This document shows positions 57,980 to 64,000 of a DNA stretch of 64,000 nucleotides, one piece after another. The stretch is taken from NCBI GenBank assembly GCA_963707215.1, contig CAVPPB010000003.1:544001-608000 (forward strand). The letters are read 5' to 3'. Made by a program: the position numbers and the translations under genes. The DNA is from an uncultured Chloroflexia bacterium (GTDB taxonomy: Bacteria > Chloroflexota > Limnocylindria > Limnocylindrales > CSP1-4). The notes under the pieces were generated by a model. The model was not told the origin of the DNA. It saw only the letters and a list, made by a program, of their open reading frames with translations, and did no database searches. Position 1 is the first letter of the stretch; every line of letters begins with the position of its first letter.

Positions 57980-58545
57980 GCCGGCTCTCCCGGCTCTTCG
58001 GGCGGTCCCCCCGCTGCGAGCGCACGGAGGCGCTCCAGGCGGGCGAGGATCCGGGCCTCGCGCTCGTCGAGGCGCTGATCGATGTCGAGCGGGAACACGT
58101 AGCGACCGCCGGTCGCCCGGATGCCGAAGGCGATCGCGACGGCGTAGTCCGACTCGTGGCTGATCGAGACGGCGACACGGTCCATGCCCAGCTGGTCGGC
58201 CCGCTCGGAGGCCCGACCGTGGAGACGCACCGCAGGCTGCCCGGTCGGCAGGCGCTGGATCTCTATGTCCCGCCAGCCGATGCCCCGGACACCGAGCCCG
58301 AGCACCTTGGACACGGCCTCCTTGGCCGCCCAGCGGCCGGCGAACGTCTCGGGACGACCCCGCACGTAGCGACGCTCGGCGGGCGTCAGGACCCGCTGGG
58401 CGAACCGGTCACCGAACCGGGCCAGGGTGGCCTCGATCCGGGCGACCTTGATGATGTCGATCCCCAGCTCGGTGGTGCCGGCCGGCACCGCGGCACCCGG
58501 CACCGCAGCGGGCTGCCCTCGGCCATCGGACCCGCTCGCCGGCAT
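57976..58545 (-). CDS. acpS: Holo-ACP synthase
   Basis: GIDII, AGRWAAKEAVSK.LG.G, GQP, VSISHE..YAVA. Confidence 0.93.
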   Translation of the reverse strand: MPASGSDGRGQPAAVPGAAVPAGTTELGIDIIKVARIEATLARFGDRFAQRVLTPAERRYVRGRPETFAGRWAAKEAVSKVLGLGVRGIGWRDIEIQRLPTGQPAVRLHGRASERADQLGMDRVAVSISHESDYAVAIAFGIRATGGRYVFPLDIDQRLDEREARILARLERLRALAAGGPPEEPGEPA

Positions 58546-58548
58546 CGG

Positions 58549-60381
<1,833 letters not shown>

Positions 60382-60427
60382 CCGTCCAGGGCTCCTCCAC
60401 CTCGGCCCCGGAGGTGCCGAGGCCCGG

Positions 60428-61762
60428 CTAGTGTAGTCGCTCGTCGGCGAGAGCCGCGAGCGCGTCGGCCAGCTCAGCGACGACCTGGGGATCCGGTCCC
60501 TCCACCATGACCCGCAGGGCTGGCTCGGTGCCCGAGGGGCGGACCAGGACCCGCCCACCGTCGCCGAGTCGGGCCCGGGCCTCGCGGATGGCGGCCCCAA
60601 GAACGGGGTCGCCTTCCCACTGGTCCTTGTGACGCACCCGGATCGCCCGTTGCTGCTGGGGCAGCATGGGGATCCGCTCGGCCAGCTCGGCGAGCGACCG
60701 ACCGGAGCGGGACATCACACCCAGGACCTCGAGGGCCGTCACGATCCCGTCGCCCGACGTCGTGTACTCGCGGATGATGACGTGACCGCTCTTCTCGCCG
60801 CCCAGCCCGGCTCCGTTGACCTCCATCCCGTCGAGGATGTGCTTGTCGCCGACCGGGGTCCGGATGACCCGACCGCCGGCCGCCTCGACCGCCACGGCAA
60901 GGCCGCCGTTCGAAAGGACCGAGACGACGAGCGCCCCGCCGGGCAGCGCGTCCCGCTCGAGGCGGTCGAGCGCCAGGATCCCGAGGACCTGGTCACCGTC
61001 CACGACTCGCCCGGTCGCGTCGATGGCGATGAGGCGATCGGCGTCGCCGTCGAGCGCGAAGCCGACGTCGGCACCGTGCTCGGCGACCGCGGCCGAGAGC
61101 GCTTCGGGGGCCGTCGCCCCGGCCGCCCGATTGATGTTCGTGCCGTCGGGCTCGTTGTGGATGACGGTCACCCGGGCCCCGGTCGCGTCGAGGATCCGCG
61201 GACCCACCACCCCGCCAGACCCGTTGGCGCAATCGAGGACGATCCCAAGCCCCTCAGCCGGCACTCGACCGGCCAGGGCGATCCGGTGAGCCAGGTAGTC
61301 GCCCACCAGGACGGTCGCGTCGACCAGCAGGCCGAGGCGGTCGGCCGGGACGCCATCGAGCTCGTCGGCGCTCCAGATGACGCGCTCGAGCTCGTCCTCG
61401 ACGGCGTCGTCCAGCTTCAGGCCCTGGGAGTCGAGCACCTTGAGCCCGTTGTCCTCGGCCGGGTTGTGCGACGCCGACACCATGATCCCTGCCGCGAAGG
61501 GCCCCAGCCCCGCCAGGTACGCGAGGGCCGGCGTCGGCACGACCCCGACCCGGTGGACGTCCACGCCGAGGCTCGTCGCCCCGGCGGCGATCGCGGCGAC
61601 GAACATGTCCCCGGACCGGCGCGTGTCCTGGCCCACGATCAGGGCGCCACCGGGCCCGATGAGCTGATGGGCGGTCGCCCGGCCGAGGGCATACGCGAGG
61701 GTCGGCTTGAGGTCGACGTTGGCGACGCCGCGGATGCCGTCGGTGCCGAAGAGGCGGGGCAT
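60428..61762 (-). CDS. glmM: Phosphoglucosamine mutase
   Basis: LFGTDGIRG, SASHNP..DNG.K, DGDADR, GGEKSGH, RPSGTEP..RVMVE. Confidence 0.96.
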   Translation of the reverse strand: MPRLFGTDGIRGVANVDLKPTLAYALGRATAHQLIGPGGALIVGQDTRRSGDMFVAAIAAGATSLGVDVHRVGVVPTPALAYLAGLGPFAAGIMVSASHNPAEDNGLKVLDSQGLKLDDAVEDELERVIWSADELDGVPADRLGLLVDATVLVGDYLAHRIALAGRVPAEGLGIVLDCANGSGGVVGPRILDATGARVTVIHNEPDGTNINRAAGATAPEALSAAVAEHGADVGFALDGDADRLIAIDATGRVVDGDQVLGILALDRLERDALPGGALVVSVLSNGGLAVAVEAAGGRVIRTPVGDKHILDGMEVNGAGLGGEKSGHVIIREYTTSGDGIVTALEVLGVMSRSGRSLAELAERIPMLPQQQRAIRVRHKDQWEGDPVLGAAIREARARLGDGGRVLVRPSGTEPALRVMVEGPDPQVVAELADALAALADERLH

Positions 61763-61793
61763 GCTGGTCCGGTCTCCTCTCGCGGTGGTGACG

Positions 61794-63059
61794 TCAGCCG
61801 GACGGCGACGGCGACGGGGTCGGCGACGGGGTCGGGGTCGGGCTCGGCTGGACCCTCTCGACCTCGACGGTCACCGTCGGCGGACTGATCGACGAGACCT
61901 TGAGGCTCGCCGCCAGGTTCAGGACGGTCACCTCGACCGTGTGCGTTCCGGGCTGCAGGGTGGTCACGTCGACGGTCGCCGCGAAGGTCGTCGGGTCCAG
62001 GCGGTTGAGGTCCGCCTCGTTACCGCCGATGACGACCTGGACCTGGCTCGTCGAAAGCCGGTAGATGCGGTCGTCGCGAGCGCCGACGAGGACGAGCCCG
62101 GACGCGAAGCTGCGGCTGGCCTGGACCGGCTCGATGGTGACGGTGACCGTGACCTCCGCCGCCCCGAGGAGCTCGACGTCGACCGGAGGCGCCAGGGGCA
62201 CGGAGGTCGTCACCCGGGCCCGGGCCCCCGCGATCGAGACGGGGGCCGTCTCCACGGCGGCCAGCTCGGCCAGGGCATCCGCGTCCCCGGACACCGTGAC
62301 GGTGGCCGGCTCGACCAGGATCGAAGTGACCACGAAGCCGCTGGCCGGTGTGCCGGTCGTCACCGGGCTGACCGGCAGCGACCGGCTGTCGATCGAGGTG
62401 CCTACCCGGACTCGCACTCGGACGACCTCTGGATCGAGGTCCGCCGGGCTCAGCGCGTTGCCGAGGGCGTCGACCGGGACGAGCCGGACGTCCTCGTCGA
62501 TGTCCAGGCCCGACGGTTGGATGGTCACCCGGGCGACGGCCCGATCGATGAGCCGCACGACCGACTCGGGACCAGACGCCACGGCCTCCTCGGCCGAGAC
62601 GATGGGGTCGCCGATCTGAAGGTCCGGCGGGACCTCGCCCAAGTCGACCTCGACCGGGACGGTCCGGGTCACCAGGGGATCGAGGGTCACCCGGACGGTC
62701 GTCGGCTGGAAGTCGAGGATGGTGATCCGCGGGTCGTTGGCCGTGACCTCGACGCGGGCGAAGGTCTCGCCGGCCGCCGGGTCGACACCCGTGAGGTCGG
62801 CGACCGCCGTGAACGTCGCGCTCGAGACTCGCGCCGCGACCTCGGCCGGGGCGAAGAAGCGGACCTCGGTCACGTCGGCCGGCTGCATGCTCAGCAGGAC
62901 CGCCTCCACCGGTTGGCCGCGCGGGACGATCGGCACCCGTCCGTCCCAGCGCTGGGCGTTCTGGGCGAGGACGAGCCCGGCGTAGAGAAGGACCGCGACG
63001 CCGATCGCCGCCAGCTTGAGGGGCCAGTTGTGGACGATGGCGGCGGCGAGGCGTCTCAT
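61794..63059 (-). CDS. cdaR: YbbR-domain diadenylate cyclase regulator
   Basis: HNWPLKLAAI TM anchor and repeated beta-rich YbbR-like domains (V.VSG); lies between cdaA and glmM. Confidence 0.85.
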   Translation of the reverse strand: MRRLAAAIVHNWPLKLAAIGVAVLLYAGLVLAQNAQRWDGRVPIVPRGQPVEAVLLSMQPADVTEVRFFAPAEVAARVSSATFTAVADLTGVDPAAGETFARVEVTANDPRITILDFQPTTVRVTLDPLVTRTVPVEVDLGEVPPDLQIGDPIVSAEEAVASGPESVVRLIDRAVARVTIQPSGLDIDEDVRLVPVDALGNALSPADLDPEVVRVRVRVGTSIDSRSLPVSPVTTGTPASGFVVTSILVEPATVTVSGDADALAELAAVETAPVSIAGARARVTTSVPLAPPVDVELLGAAEVTVTVTIEPVQASRSFASGLVLVGARDDRIYRLSTSQVQVVIGGNEADLNRLDPTTFAATVDVTTLQPGTHTVEVTVLNLAASLKVSSISPPTVTVEVERVQPSPTPTPSPTPSPSPSG

Positions 63060-63931
63060 CGAGGTGCCGCGGTCGGGGCAGGCTCGTCGTCGGGCGTCCG
63101 ACCGCCCGAACGACCCGGGACGCCGCTCCAGCTCAGTCGCCCGCGACGGTCGGCGCTGGGGTCCAGGGCAGCCCGCAGAGCCCGCTCCAGCTGGCTCTCC
63201 GACAGGGCCCGGACGATCCGGCCGCGCTCGACCAGGCTGATCTGGCGGTTCTCCTCCGACACGACGACCACGACGGCGTCGGTCTCCTCCGTGATGCCGA
63301 GAGCGGCCCGGTGACGGGTCCCGAAGCGCTCGGCGTTGCCGTTCGCCTCGGCCAGGGGCAGCACCGCCCCTGCGGCAAGGATCGACTCACCCCGGACGAT
63401 CACGGCTCCGTCATGGAGGGCCGTCTTGGGCATGAAGATGGTCAGCAGGAGGTCGACCGAGATATCGCCGTCGATCGCGACACCCGTCTCGGCGATCTCA
63501 CCGAGGCCGGTCTCGCGCTCCAGCACGATCAGGGCGCCGTGACCCTCGGCCGAGAGGAGGGCTGCCGCCCGGGAGACCTCGCGGGCGACGTGCTCGACGG
63601 CCCGGCGATCGGCCGGGTTCCACAACCAGGCGAAGGACCCGAAGCGGCCGAGCCGCTCGAGGCCGCGGCGGAGCTCCGGCTGGAAGATGACGACGAGGGC
63701 GAAGATGCCGACGACGGCGCCGGCCTGCATGATCTGGGTGAGCAGGCGCAGGCCCAGCAGCTGGGCCACGGCGTACACGAGGAACAGCACCGACACGCCG
63801 ATCACCAGGGTCACGGCCCTCGTCCCCCGGATGAGGAGGAGGAGCCAGTAGATGAGCACCGCGACCACGGCGACGTCGAGCAGGGTCGTCAGCCGGACCT
63901 GGTCGAGGAGCGACTCGATGATCGGCGACAT
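63056..63931 (-). CDS. cdaA: Membrane diadenylate cyclase
   Basis: Three TM helices, IFQPELRRGLE.LG, LHDGA, GTRHRAALG, VVSEE. Confidence 0.95.
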   Translation of the reverse strand: MSPIIESLLDQVRLTTLLDVAVVAVLIYWLLLLIRGTRAVTLVIGVSVLFLVYAVAQLLGLRLLTQIMQAGAVVGIFALVVIFQPELRRGLERLGRFGSFAWLWNPADRRAVEHVAREVSRAAALLSAEGHGALIVLERETGLGEIAETGVAIDGDISVDLLLTIFMPKTALHDGAVIVRGESILAAGAVLPLAEANGNAERFGTRHRAALGITEETDAVVVVVSEENRQISLVERGRIVRALSESQLERALRAALDPSADRRGRLSWSGVPGRSGGRTPDDEPAPTAAPR

Positions 63932-64000
63932 CCAGACGAGTGTAGCGCGGGCACGGGAAGGAACGAACCCGGAGCGCGATCAGCCGCTCGTGGGCGGAGA

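Noticed and set aside
60382-60427. glmS ribozyme
   Set aside because: The gap is only 46 nt, far too short, and shows no ribozyme core sequence.

Overview
Very GC-rich bacterial DNA (about 70-75% by eye). Gene content and style suggest Chloroflexota, possibly Limnocylindria; this is an inference. Bases 1-15.3 kb carry a compact phage-tail-like contractile injection system (CIS) resembling the Streptomyces cytoplasmic type. An AAA+ ATPase (cut by the window edge and absent from the ORF track) and a Pvc16/DUF4255 gene are divergent from an operon of sheath, tube, tail-assembly chaperone plus a small overlapping gene, a long Ala/Pro-rich protein in the tape-measure position, second tube, tube-initiator/LysM, VgrG, PAAR, gp25, baseplate J, tail I and a bitopic zinc-ribbon/(PE)n membrane protein. 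No fibre or lysis genes are visible. A STAND-NTPase/BTAD regulator abuts the operon convergently. The most notable detail is a correctly phased G_GGG_GGA slippery heptamer that could fuse the chaperone to the downstream small ORF by -1 frameshift, as in P2 E/E' and lambda G/GT. Bases 18-39 kb hold metabolic and signalling genes: ndh, a kinase-aminotransferase fusion, ppdK, fpr, a two-domain cyclase-STAND-TPR protein, a 2H phosphoesterase, nfnAB and an HTH-nuclease. Bases 39-64 kb are housekeeping: glyQS, recO, prenyl synthase, CNNM/CBS, glmU, ridA, ispE, rsmA, tsaD-rimI-tsaB-tsaE, a GlmL-like cassette, macro domain, alr, nnrD, acpS, glmS, glmM, cdaR and cdaA. Five single-base insertions break four genes and are probably assembly errors. 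Many genes look leaderless. No rRNA, tRNA, CRISPR array or IS element was recognised.
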